Positions 47,743-56,907 of a stretch of DNA of 64,000 nt are shown in pieces. The stretch is from NCBI GenBank assembly GCA_958296235.1, contig OY282457.1, forward strand, positions 217,377 through 281,376, read 5' to 3'. Below the pieces are notes generated by a model. That model was given only the letters and a program-made list of their open reading frames with translations, ran no database searches and had not been told where the DNA came from. The stretch is from an uncultured Candidatus Binatia bacterium (GTDB taxonomy: Bacteria > Desulfobacterota > Binatia > Bin18). Every line of letters begins with the position of its first letter. Position 1 is the stretch's first letter. The translations under genes were made by a program, and so were the position numbers.

Positions 47743-48516
47743 ATGCAAGAAGTGAAGGTTGCTATTCGGAATGGAAAATTTACCACCTCAATGCAGTGGG
47801 GCGGCAGCGGCGAGCCGCTGCTGTTTCTGCACGGCGCTGGCGGCCCCATGCTGGGGGCGCCGTTTCTTGAGGAACTCGCTCAGGTTTTTACCGTCTACGC
47901 TCCGGCCCATCCCGGCTTTGGAGCTGGAACAGGGATTGAGCATATTGATGACGTAATTGACTTCGCCCTGTACTACCACGATTTTCTTGACGAACTACAG
48001 ATCGATAGCCCGCATGTCATGGGTCACTCACTGGGCGGCATGTTGGCCGCAGAGGTCGCCGCGCTCGCCCCGTACCGGATCAATCGCCTGGTGCTGGTCT
48101 GTCCGGCAGGACTCTGGCTTGAGGACAATCCCATTCCCGATTTCTTTACCTTTAACCCGCAGCAGATGGTCGAACATGTGTTTCATGACCCCAGCGGTCC
48201 CATGAGCCAGATGTTCACCGAACAGTTGCAATCTCCAGAAGCCCAGCTTGAGATGTATAAATGCCTGGCCTCAACCGGGAAATTCCTGTGGCCGATTCCT
48301 GACAAAGGGCTCAAGAAACGTATCCATCGGCTGCAACTGCCCACCCTGTTGCTGTGGGGAGCATCCGATAAGCTTATTCCGCCGGTCTATGGGGAGGCGT
48401 TTCAGCGCGCCATTCCCGGTTCGCGTCTGGTCCACTTCGCGAGTTCGGGCCACATGATTATGCTGGAGGAACAGGACGCTTTTGTCGAAGCCGTGTCAGA
48501 TTTTTTATTGGAGTAA
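47743..48516 (+). CDS. Alpha/beta fold hydrolase
   Basis: LHGAGG, GHSLGG nucleophile motif, WGASD and SGHM motifs. Confidence 0.9.
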   Translation: MQEVKVAIRNGKFTTSMQWGGSGEPLLFLHGAGGPMLGAPFLEELAQVFTVYAPAHPGFGAGTGIEHIDDVIDFALYYHDFLDELQIDSPHVMGHSLGGMLAAEVAALAPYRINRLVLVCPAGLWLEDNPIPDFFTFNPQQMVEHVFHDPSGPMSQMFTEQLQSPEAQLEMYKCLASTGKFLWPIPDKGLKKRIHRLQLPTLLLWGASDKLIPPVYGEAFQRAIPGSRLVHFASSGHMIMLEEQDAFVEAVSDFLLE

Positions 48517-48533
48517 CCCGAAAGGAGGGGAGC

Positions 48534-48914
48534 ATGATTAAAGCGAAATCGATCCGCCATACTGGGGTGCCGGTCTCGGATGTGAGAAAGGCCAAGAGAT
48601 TTTATGGAGACATTCTGGGCTTTGACGAGATTGAGCGGCCCAAGATCAAGGGTGTTCCTGGGGCCTGGTATGAAGTGGATGGAACCCAGGTGCATATCAT
48701 TGGCCAACGTAACGCCATGGCCGACAAGGATATTCCCGGCATCGGGACTCACATCGCAGTCCAGGTCGAAGACCTTGAAGAGGCCAAGCGCGTCCTCAAG
48801 AAGAGACGGGTGAAGTTCCAGGAATTTGCGCCGCCGCCGAATCTTGGTTTGGCTCCGGTGGTCTTTGTCCGCGACCCGGACGGCAATGTGGTCGAGCTGC
48901 GGACGGAAGCCTAA
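48534..48914 (+). CDS. VOC/glyoxalase family protein
   Basis: HTGVPVSD, FYGDILG, HIA and DPDGNVVEL motifs. Confidence 0.9.
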   Translation: MIKAKSIRHTGVPVSDVRKAKRFYGDILGFDEIERPKIKGVPGAWYEVDGTQVHIIGQRNAMADKDIPGIGTHIAVQVEDLEEAKRVLKKRRVKFQEFAPPPNLGLAPVVFVRDPDGNVVELRTEA

Positions 48915-49005
48915 ACATATTTGAGCGGCATACAGCGGAGAGGAACCCACCCCGCTGCTTCGCAGCACCCCTCCAAGGAGGGGATGTGTTCTGCTCAACT
49001 CCTTG

Positions 49006-49231
49006 GACTTGTGATGCAGATTACATTATTCGGCGACCCCCCGTTCCCCTGCGCTGTGCCTGTCTGCGCCAGGGGGCCAGGAGGGCGGGCTTCCCTCCCT
49101 GGGAGAGCGGGCTTCCAGCCCGCAAGCGGCCAAGATGGCCGCTCTCCCAGGCAGCGGGCGGGCGAGCGGCCCGAGGCGGGGGCCGCCGGCCCGGTCCCGG
49201 GAGGCTTACGCCACAATATGCATCACATGTC
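49006..49231. mobile_element. MITE-like element, family B, inserted in a REP hairpin
   Basis: GACTTGTGATGCA (49006-49018) and TGCATCACATGTC (49219-49231) form an inverted repeat with TTG on both flanks. Confidence 0.65.
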
Positions 49232-49296
49232 TTGGAGGGGTGGCCGAAGGCCGGGGTGGGCTCCTTTTATCGAGGCATAAACAGGGAGAGGGTCTC

Positions 49297-49785
49297 ATGC
49301 TGATCGAAATCTATCCCAAACCCGACGGCATGCAGCATATCAATCTCATGTTCTGTGAGGCTGAGCCCGAGCCTGAGGACGGCTGGGTCCGCGCTCATAT
49401 TGACGCGTTTCCCACTCCGCCCAAGCGGATTTTTGAAGAGGAACGGGCCGGCCGGACGTATACCACGCTCCAGTACGGCCAGTGTGTTATCGGGCATTCC
49501 ATGTTCTATATCGAAAAGCACAAGGGCGTGGTGGACCAACTGCTCGGGGTCTGCGCGAGCGAGCTTGAGCGGGCTGCCCTGGACCGTCCGACGCGCAATG
49601 TGATTGTCTCCCGCCTGGCCCTGGAACTGAATAAAAACGCCCGATTTTCAGTTGACGAGCAGGGCAATCTGACCATTGCTCTGAAAGAGATAGATGAGGC
49701 CGAGATTCACAAACGCCTGGGTGAGCTGATAACCGAAGAAACTCCTGTCCGGCAGGTCGAAGTCGTAGGAAGTGAGACATCCTGA
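49297..49785 (+). CDS. Hypothetical protein
   Basis: 162-aa ORF with RBS GGAG and host-like codon usage over most of its length; no motif recognised. Confidence 0.7.
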   Translation: MLIEIYPKPDGMQHINLMFCEAEPEPEDGWVRAHIDAFPTPPKRIFEEERAGRTYTTLQYGQCVIGHSMFYIEKHKGVVDQLLGVCASELERAALDRPTRNVIVSRLALELNKNARFSVDEQGNLTIALKEIDEAEIHKRLGELITEETPVRQVEVVGSETS

Positions 49786-50021
49786 TGACATCACGACGGA
49801 ATATAAGACGATTAAGACACCCTATGGATTAGCATCCATTGGAGATGGGAATGTTCAAGTGGCTACAACGGTTAGCTTCCTGGATTCTTTCAATTTGGCG
49901 AAGAATCCCGCCGGAAACAAAAAGAGAAATAATCGACGCTATCGTAGACCTTTTTGAAGAGATTCTTAGAGAATATTATCGCCGGTGGAAAAGAAAAAAC
50001 GGAAAGGAAGAATGATAGGCC

Positions 50022-50318
50022 ATGTCTGACTTAAAAAGTTTCATCTTGGACTCAGGATTGCCGTCAAGATTGTCATCAACTGAACTTAAAACTCGAATGA
50101 GCAGGCTTTTACCTGCAGCAGGCATTCTTCCTCCTGGTCGAGATGAGTTTGAACGAGATAGGTTTATTAGCGAAGTAGCGAATTTAGCTCACAGTGAGAA
50201 AATCATCACTTCGCTTAGTGAAGAAGTTGGACAGCCAAAAGAAAACGAATCAGAAGATGAATTCGTAAACAGGGCAAAATCAACTCTGGCAAATCTGCTT
50301 TGGCGGGAAATACAGTAG
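50022..50318 (+). CDS. Hypothetical protein (AT-rich islet)
   Basis: 98-aa helical, acidic ORF in an AT-rich segment. Confidence 0.5.
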   Translation: MSDLKSFILDSGLPSRLSSTELKTRMSRLLPAAGILPPGRDEFERDRFISEVANLAHSEKIITSLSEEVGQPKENESEDEFVNRAKSTLANLLWREIQ

Positions 50319-50427
50319 TGCATGATCTAGTAAAACCTATCAAGCACTGTGCCCTCCGCTTCGTTCGAACACTGAGGGTCGGCATTACAGAATATATACC
50401 TCGAAACCATAGGAAGTGAGGCCTGAT

Positions 50428-51180
50428 GTGGCAGGGGTGGAAGGAAGAGTCGCGCTTATAACCGGAGCCGGGTCGGGTATTGGACGCGCGACTGCGCGGG
50501 TCTTAGCCACAGGCGGCGCCGATATTGTGGTGACCGATATCAACCTGGCTGGGGCTGAGGAAACGGCCCAGACCGTCACGGAATGCGGCCGCAGGGCGCT
50601 CGCGCTCCAGGTCGATGTGGCAGACCTGCATGCCGTGGAAACGGCGGCGACGCAGACCCGCCAGGAGTTGGGCGCGATTGACATTCTGTTCAGCAACGCC
50701 GGCATAGGAACCCAGGTCGCGTTTGCAGACATGACAGAGGAGGACTGGGATCGCATGTTCGATGTTCATCTCAATGGGACGTATCACTGCTTTCGCGCGG
50801 TCTTACCCGAGATGAAAACCGCGGGCTGGGGCCGGTTGATCAGTACCTCCTCTATGGGTGCCTTTACCGGAGGGGTCCGTCTGGCCCACTACTGTGCGGC
50901 CAAGGCCGGTATTGCCGGGCTTACGGTTGCCATGGCAAGTGAGCTGGCGCGAACGGGCATTACGGTCAACGCGGTTGCTCCCGGTGTGATCGATACGCCA
51001 ATGGTCCGGCAGAGTCCTGAGCGCTGGGTCAAGAATATGACCAAGACCATTCCGATGCGCAAACTGGGACAACCCGAGGACATCGCCCATGCCGTCGCCT
51101 ATTTGGCCTCGGAGGAAGCCGGATTCATGACAGGCCAGATTCTCAGTCCGAACGGCGGCTCGTATATGAAGTGGTGTTAA
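50428..51180 (+). CDS. SDR family oxidoreductase (FabG-like)
   Basis: TGAGSGIG, SNAG and YCAAK motifs. Confidence 0.92.
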   Translation: MAGVEGRVALITGAGSGIGRATARVLATGGADIVVTDINLAGAEETAQTVTECGRRALALQVDVADLHAVETAATQTRQELGAIDILFSNAGIGTQVAFADMTEEDWDRMFDVHLNGTYHCFRAVLPEMKTAGWGRLISTSSMGAFTGGVRLAHYCAAKAGIAGLTVAMASELARTGITVNAVAPGVIDTPMVRQSPERWVKNMTKTIPMRKLGQPEDIAHAVAYLASEEAGFMTGQILSPNGGSYMKWC

Positions 51181-51181
51181 G

Positions 51182-51937
51182 ATGCGACTGTCAGGAAAAA
51201 CCGCGCTGATAACCGGCGCCGGGTCGGGCCTGGGCCAGGCGACCGCTCAGCTTTTTGCTCAGGAGGGCGCGCAGGTCGTTGTGGCCGATATCAGCCAGCG
51301 TCGCGCAGCCGCGGTCGCTGCCGAGATCAATCAAACCAAGGCTTCTCCGGCCATAGGTCTTCAGGCTGATGTAACACAGCGTCAGGCCGTCAACGCTCTG
51401 GTTGATCGGGCCAAGAGCGAGTATGGACCAATCCATATTCTTGTGAACAACGCCGGGATTGCCCAGATCAAGGACCTGCTCGATATCACGCCTGAAGAGT
51501 GGCAGCGCATGATCGACGTCCACATGAAGGGAACCTTTCTGTGCACGCGGGCCGTGATCGGAGATATGCTAGCCGCACAGTGGGGGCGGGTGATTAACAC
51601 GGCTTCTGTTGCCGGCATGACCGGCGGGCCGCAAAACGCGCACTACGCTGCGGCAAAGGCCGCCATTATCGGTTTTACCCGCTCGTTAGCTTTGGAGTAC
51701 GCGCGGTCGGGCATCACGGTGAACGCGGTTGCCCCTGGATTGATTGAAACACCCATGGTCAAACAAGGCACCGGACCTGCCGCCGAAAAGGTGGTGGACT
51801 TCTTTATCCGCCGCATTCCCATGCGCCAAATGGGTACGCCCCGAGACATTGCCGCGGCCCATTTGTATCTGGCCTCAGACGATGCCGCCTATGTGACCGG
51901 GCAAGTGCTGAGCCCGAACGGCGGCTATCTGGTGTAA
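51182..51937 (+). CDS. SDR family oxidoreductase (FabG-like)
   Basis: TGAGSGLG, NNAG and YAAAK motifs. Confidence 0.92.
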   Translation: MRLSGKTALITGAGSGLGQATAQLFAQEGAQVVVADISQRRAAAVAAEINQTKASPAIGLQADVTQRQAVNALVDRAKSEYGPIHILVNNAGIAQIKDLLDITPEEWQRMIDVHMKGTFLCTRAVIGDMLAAQWGRVINTASVAGMTGGPQNAHYAAAKAAIIGFTRSLALEYARSGITVNAVAPGLIETPMVKQGTGPAAEKVVDFFIRRIPMRQMGTPRDIAAAHLYLASDDAAYVTGQVLSPNGGYLV

Positions 51938-51983
51938 GGCGTTTTTCCTTGACGTTTACGGATGCTGGTTATAGCGTGGCGGT

Positions 51984-52919
51984 GTGAACGAAGCCTTTGA
52001 ACACCGTTCGTTACTTGACCGCACCCTCTTGCGCACTCTTCAGCAGCGCCAAGACTGGCCCTCTATTATCCGGCTGACCCTCCATCTGTCCGCTTTCCTG
52101 CTGGGTGCGTATGGCGTGCTGCTCGTCACGCCGCATTCTCACGTTGCGGCAGGTCTGCTTTCGGTCGTGCTGAGTGGGATTTGGGCTTCGTTGTTCGCTC
52201 CCTTTCATGAGTGTACACATCAGACCGCCTTTAAGTCTGCCTGGCTGAACTCCCTGGGCGCGTGGCTCAGCGGCTTTCCCTTTGGTATGGCGCCGGCGGC
52301 GTACCGAGCCTTCCATTTTGATCATCATCGCTACACTCAATATGTCGACAAGGACCCGGAGCTGTTGTTTTTGGGTGGGCAACCGGTGTCCTGGCCAAAT
52401 AAATGGAAAAATTGGCTGCGTATGATTAGCGGCTGGGGCATTCTCCTCTTCAAAATAGGCCCTTTAGTGCGCTTTCCTTTCCTGGCCTATGAGAAATGGG
52501 AATCCTTCGCTCCCTGGGCCTCGCTCGACCAACGTCCCACACTGGCCTGGCAATCGGGGGTGATCGCCCTCTTTTGGGTCGGGCTGATTATTGCTGCCTG
52601 TAGCGGTCCCGCGGGTATGGGCTGGCTGCTGTTTGCGGGTCTTCTCAGCCATATGTTTCAAGCCATATGGGTGACTACCGAGCATACGGGATTGCCGAAC
52701 GAAGGCTCTATTCTGGCGCGCACGCGGACCATGCAGACCTGGCCGTTTTTCAGCTGGTGGCTGTGGAATATGAACTTTCATGCCGAGCACCATGCCTGGC
52801 CGGCGGTCCCGTGGTATGAACTGCCCGCCCTGCACCAGGAAGTGGCAGAACACCTCGACGCCACGGAGCGCGGATATGCCCGACTCCAGTTCAAGGTCTG
52901 GAGCAAGGTCGGTGTGTAG
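51984..52919 (+). CDS. Fatty acid desaturase family protein
   Basis: His boxes HECTH, HFDHH and HAEHH; TM segments. Confidence 0.9.
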   Translation: MNEAFEHRSLLDRTLLRTLQQRQDWPSIIRLTLHLSAFLLGAYGVLLVTPHSHVAAGLLSVVLSGIWASLFAPFHECTHQTAFKSAWLNSLGAWLSGFPFGMAPAAYRAFHFDHHRYTQYVDKDPELLFLGGQPVSWPNKWKNWLRMISGWGILLFKIGPLVRFPFLAYEKWESFAPWASLDQRPTLAWQSGVIALFWVGLIIAACSGPAGMGWLLFAGLLSHMFQAIWVTTEHTGLPNEGSILARTRTMQTWPFFSWWLWNMNFHAEHHAWPAVPWYELPALHQEVAEHLDATERGYARLQFKVWSKVGV

Positions 52920-52932
52920 GGCCTGACCCCTG

Positions 52933-52997
52933 CTCGCCTTGACCACCCGAAACCCAGCGTCTAGGCTCACGTCAACAGCAGCTCAGGAGGTTAGGAA
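52933..52997 (+). promoter_or_regulatory. 65-bp direct repeat, copy 1, containing a sigma70-like promoter and RBS
   Basis: TTGACC (52939-52944), 17-bp spacer, TAGGCT (52962-52967), then AGGAGG; 64/65 identical to 55450-55514. Confidence 0.85.
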
Positions 52998-53009
52998 GGG
53001 GAGAGCGAA

Positions 53010-53813
53010 ATGAGCTTCTACTCTATTTGTAAATCGGATCCTGTCTTGGATTTTATTCGTGATACCTACGACGCAACTCCGTTGAAAATTCCTGATACTC
53101 GAATCAAACCTCTTACTTTATTTACTACTGTAAAACGCCGCTTCCGGTATATTGGGCCTATCAAGGATATTGCTGCGGACAAGGCGTGGAAAAAACTGCG
53201 TCCAGAATCCCAAAAACTGTCAGATATCTCGAAGGTCGAGTCACGAAAACTATCTTGGTCTATTGCCATAGACTTATTGAGCCCATTTCTCGCCCAGAGT
53301 CTAACACCCTCTCTGACTGACACGATGACGAGTCTAAAAGCTTTTCGGAGTACAAGCGTTTGCGTTTCCATTAAGGGCGTGAGGCGGCACTTTATCGCTC
53401 CCAGCAGGGTAGCAAATTTATTGAAATCCGCCCCCATTAATCTAAGAACAATAGATAGCTCAGGGACTCTCCATTTGGTCGACTCCATCCTGGTCGCCCG
53501 TAAGATTACATTAAACATGAATTGCCCTTCTGCAGTTGAGGTCGCAACAAAGCTCGAAAACGCATTGAGTGGTAAGTTTTCGACCGATGCAATCCTTCGC
53601 AGTCAATCGTGTGTCTCTATAGCGGGAAATAAGTTTGTGCCCTTCGCATTCACATGTTTTCAACTACAGATCGACGAATCTGGACGCGCTTCTAGAATAG
53701 AATTTCCATCTTCGGGAGGTCCACAGATCGGAGCTACACCGATGGGTGTAGATTTGCCGCCCACTCACGTCATGCTTGGAGAACCCAATGAATTCGTTAA
53801 AATCGATTCCTGA
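53010..53813 (+). CDS. Bacterial gasdermin (bGSDM), pore-forming cell-death effector
   Basis: 267 aa; N-terminal C7-x-x-DP, P..RIKPL.L, YIG, LSWSIAIDLLSPFL, LHLVDSIL, G...FAFTCFQL, then a Gly/Pro loop and terminal FVKID. This pattern parallels known bGSDMs as recalled; not confirmed by search. Confidence 0.85.
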   Translation: MSFYSICKSDPVLDFIRDTYDATPLKIPDTRIKPLTLFTTVKRRFRYIGPIKDIAADKAWKKLRPESQKLSDISKVESRKLSWSIAIDLLSPFLAQSLTPSLTDTMTSLKAFRSTSVCVSIKGVRRHFIAPSRVANLLKSAPINLRTIDSSGTLHLVDSILVARKITLNMNCPSAVEVATKLENALSGKFSTDAILRSQSCVSIAGNKFVPFAFTCFQLQIDESGRASRIEFPSSGGPQIGATPMGVDLPPTHVMLGEPNEFVKIDS

Positions 53814-55347
53814 CATCACGACAGCCAGAGATTGGATGGAATGTGAGCAAACTAAGATATACAAACAGATGGCGATTCCTGTTCCCGATTCTAAATCCGT
53901 AAATTTCTCACCGGAATGGCTCGAAAAGTATCTAAAGTCGAATCCTGACTATACGCCTGAGCAACGAGCTTCGTTCGCCAAACAATACAGTGATAGAGAC
54001 CCATTGCAAGACCGCTCTGATGTTGGTCGAGTCGGCAAACCTATAAGCGTTTTGATTCTAACTAACCGAGTCGATAATTTAAAGAATGCATGCAAAAGGC
54101 TAAATCTACCAGGAGTGGTTGATAACGTCGTTTTTGGCAACACTCCAGCAGGCGGATTGGGAGTATCTACATGTAGGATTGAAACATCCGACCATTATTC
54201 GGTCTTCATTCCGGACGGATTTTATCACTTAATCAACCTATTCAGTAAATTAGTTGTTCTCTTGCAACCGTTTACCCTTATAGAGGAGGGGGTGGTGTAT
54301 CAACCAGCGGCATCCTTCGATCAGTTTCGCCTCGCCCGGCACCCGTATATTCAATTCCGCCGCCGTGACCTCCTAAGAGCGTTTTTTATCCATGGAGATG
54401 TGGCAGCGGCACTTCCGTACCCCGCGGCAGTGCCGTTTCAAGATCGTTTGGCGTATTTGCTTGAAGGAACCGAATTATTTGTGATCGCACACGAAGTCGC
54501 GCACGTCATTCTCGGACATTTGGATAGAGATATCTCAAAATTCACACCAGATGACGAGTTGGAGGCGGATAAACTTGCATTGGAGATTCTCACTGAACAT
54601 TTTGACACCGAGATGGACCTCCCCGACGTCCGTGCTGCCCTGTGTATGTTTATGTTCCTCTCGATAGTCGATATATGGGAACAATCACTGCCTGCTCTTC
54701 TGTCGGTCGAGAATGAGTCACAAGTTGCTTCGCATCACCCTAAATTCGAGCAAAGGTTCAAACATTATCTTTCCTTACTTGAAGACTTTGCCCGCCGTCC
54801 GAAATTGGAGGAAGCGACAGTACCATGGTACATATTCGTACACCGCGCGATAGGACTTGCTACGGAGGAGTCGGAACGTATTGTATTAGATATTGTCGAT
54901 CAAGCGGGTGGTATAGCTGGAATTAGTGCATCAGTATTAGGGCCAGACAAGCACATGGGGCACTCGAAACCTGCGCCCCCGGACGTTTGGTATCGTACTA
55001 TTGCCGAGTTGATTTTGTCAGATATTTCAGCCAACCGCCGTCTTGGCTTGTGGTTCTTCCTAAAATTGTCTCTCAATTCCTCGATAGCCTTCTACGATGG
55101 CCTATTAGATGACGATGAACCGGAAGTTCAGAGTCTCTATAGGCAGGCATTGATTTCGATAGAGCCGATGTACGAATGGTATTTGCCGAGGCTCTTTGAG
55201 CGAATTCGTGAAGAGACAAGAGACGGACAACAAAAGCAATACAAAGAGCAGATTGCTCAGCATCTTGTATTCAAGGCTTCTCTCGAACTTGGGGGCCGTT
55301 TTGACATGGATCCCATGCATCCTGATTTTTTCAATGATCTTGATTAA
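53788..55347 (+). CDS. HExxH zinc metallopeptidase (M48/U49 Lit-like), candidate gasdermin activator
   Basis: FVIAHEVAHVILGH (HEVAH at 54490-54504), downstream ELEAD and HHP...QR; overlaps the gasdermin stop by 26 nt (start 53776/53788/53836). Confidence 0.78.
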   Translation: MNSLKSIPDITTARDWMECEQTKIYKQMAIPVPDSKSVNFSPEWLEKYLKSNPDYTPEQRASFAKQYSDRDPLQDRSDVGRVGKPISVLILTNRVDNLKNACKRLNLPGVVDNVVFGNTPAGGLGVSTCRIETSDHYSVFIPDGFYHLINLFSKLVVLLQPFTLIEEGVVYQPAASFDQFRLARHPYIQFRRRDLLRAFFIHGDVAAALPYPAAVPFQDRLAYLLEGTELFVIAHEVAHVILGHLDRDISKFTPDDELEADKLALEILTEHFDTEMDLPDVRAALCMFMFLSIVDIWEQSLPALLSVENESQVASHHPKFEQRFKHYLSLLEDFARRPKLEEATVPWYIFVHRAIGLATEESERIVLDIVDQAGGIAGISASVLGPDKHMGHSKPAPPDVWYRTIAELILSDISANRRLGLWFFLKLSLNSSIAFYDGLLDDDEPEVQSLYRQALISIEPMYEWYLPRLFERIREETRDGQQKQYKEQIAQHLVFKASLELGGRFDMDPMHPDFFNDLD

Positions 55348-55449
55348 ACAGCAAATGTTTCTGTGACCGGAACAGTGAATTGACTCCCGGTTTAGTTGGT
55401 TTCCACATTCAACTGGGTAGTGTTATAGCCTGTAGGGCTTCCCCACCTT

Positions 55450-55514
55450 CTCGCCTTGACCACTCGAAACCCAGCGTCTAGGCTCACGTCAACAGCAGCT
55501 CAGGAGGTTAGGAA
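55450..55514 (+). repeat. 65-bp direct repeat, copy 2 (promoter/RBS of the acyl-CoA dehydrogenase gene)
   Basis: Matches 52933-52997 with one mismatch; ends 5 nt before ATG 55520. Confidence 0.88.
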
Positions 55515-55519
55515 TTACG

Positions 55520-56683
55520 ATGCTCACTGCACCGACGCGCTTTTTTACCGAAGACCATGAGATATTCCGCGAACAGGTTCGGAATTTTGTGACCAGGGAA
55601 GTCCATCCTCATATTGACCAGTGGGAAGAAGAGGCTCTTTTCCCCAAGTCGCTCTACCAGCGCATGGGTGAACTCGGGTTTCTGGGTATTCGCCATCCCG
55701 TAGAGTATGGGGGCAGTGCCGGGGATATCTGGATGACGCTCGTCTTTTGTGAGGAGTTGTGTCGTTGCCGGGCCTTGGGCCTCCCCACGAGTGTTTTGGT
55801 CCATACCGATATGTCCTCGACCCATATCGCCCGCAACGGCACGCCGGAGCAGAAAGAAAAATACCTGCGACCCATGATTACGGGCGAGGCGGTCTGCGCC
55901 ATAGGCGTGACTGAACCTTCGGGCGGCTCCGATGTCGCCAGCATACGCACCACGGCAGTGAAAGACGGCGATTCCTACGTCATTAACGGCTCCAAGATTT
56001 TTATCACCAACTCCGTCCACGCCGACGTCTTTTGCGTGGCTGCCAAAACCGACAAGGATGCCCAGGCGCGCGGCATCTCCATATTCCTTGTCGAGCGTGA
56101 CACTCCTGGGTTCAGCCTGGCTAAAAAGCTGGACAAAATGGGCTGTCATAGTTCGGATACCGGCGAGTTGGTCTTTGAAGATGTTCGCGTTCCACGTCAC
56201 AACCTCTTGGGACAGGAGGGCAAAGGGTTTTATTATATTATGCAGAACTTCCAGGACGAGCGCCTGATTGCGGCCAGTATGGCCGTGAGTGCGGCCCAGC
56301 AGGCTCTTGAAGATACGCTCACCTATACACGCGAGCGGGAGACGTTTGGCAAGCGCATATTTGACCATCAGGTCGTGTCGCATCGCCTGGCGGACATGGC
56401 GACCGAATTGGAAGCCGCCCGTCAGTTGACATATTACGCGGCTGATGTGCTGGCCAGCGGGCGTGACTGTAGTACCGAAGTCTCAATGGCAAAGCTGTAC
56501 GGCTGTAATATAGCCAACAAGATCGCCTATGAGTGCGTCCAACTGCACGGTGGCTACGGCTATATGAAAGAGTTTGCGGTTGAACGGTTCTACCGGGACA
56601 TCCGTCAGAGCACGATTGCCGGAGGGTCCGCCGAGATTATGAAGGAAATCATCGTTAAGCGCGGGCTGGACCGGGACCTGTAG
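55520..56683 (+). CDS. Acyl-CoA dehydrogenase
   Basis: TEPSGGSD, NGSKIFITN, QLHGGYGY and IAGGSAEI motifs. Confidence 0.95.
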   Translation: MLTAPTRFFTEDHEIFREQVRNFVTREVHPHIDQWEEEALFPKSLYQRMGELGFLGIRHPVEYGGSAGDIWMTLVFCEELCRCRALGLPTSVLVHTDMSSTHIARNGTPEQKEKYLRPMITGEAVCAIGVTEPSGGSDVASIRTTAVKDGDSYVINGSKIFITNSVHADVFCVAAKTDKDAQARGISIFLVERDTPGFSLAKKLDKMGCHSSDTGELVFEDVRVPRHNLLGQEGKGFYYIMQNFQDERLIAASMAVSAAQQALEDTLTYTRERETFGKRIFDHQVVSHRLADMATELEAARQLTYYAADVLASGRDCSTEVSMAKLYGCNIANKIAYECVQLHGGYGYMKEFAVERFYRDIRQSTIAGGSAEIMKEIIVKRGLDRDL

Positions 56684-56907
56684 GCTGGGAGAGGGCTCAC
56701 AATCCCCCTGCGCTGTCGCGCCTCCCCCTTGAGAAAGGGGACTGCGGAGGGTCGTCCTCTGAGACATGCAAACGGACTAATGCTACTTTACTTTCAATCT
56801 GTTATATTCTACTAAAGACGAGCAACGCCTCTGGCGGTGTCGTATGTGGATGTGTGGAATGGATCCGTTGTGTGGTGGTGGATTGGTGGTATGTGGAGGA
56901 GGAATCC

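Noticed and set aside
52915-55514. Prophage or IS as the carrier of the gasdermin islet
   Set aside because: There is no integrase, transposase, terminal inverted repeat or tRNA at the boundaries.
56840-56905. TGG-rich strand-skewed tract (possible G-quadruplex or ncRNA)
   Set aside because: Only GG runs are present, with no recognisable RNA family or second copy.
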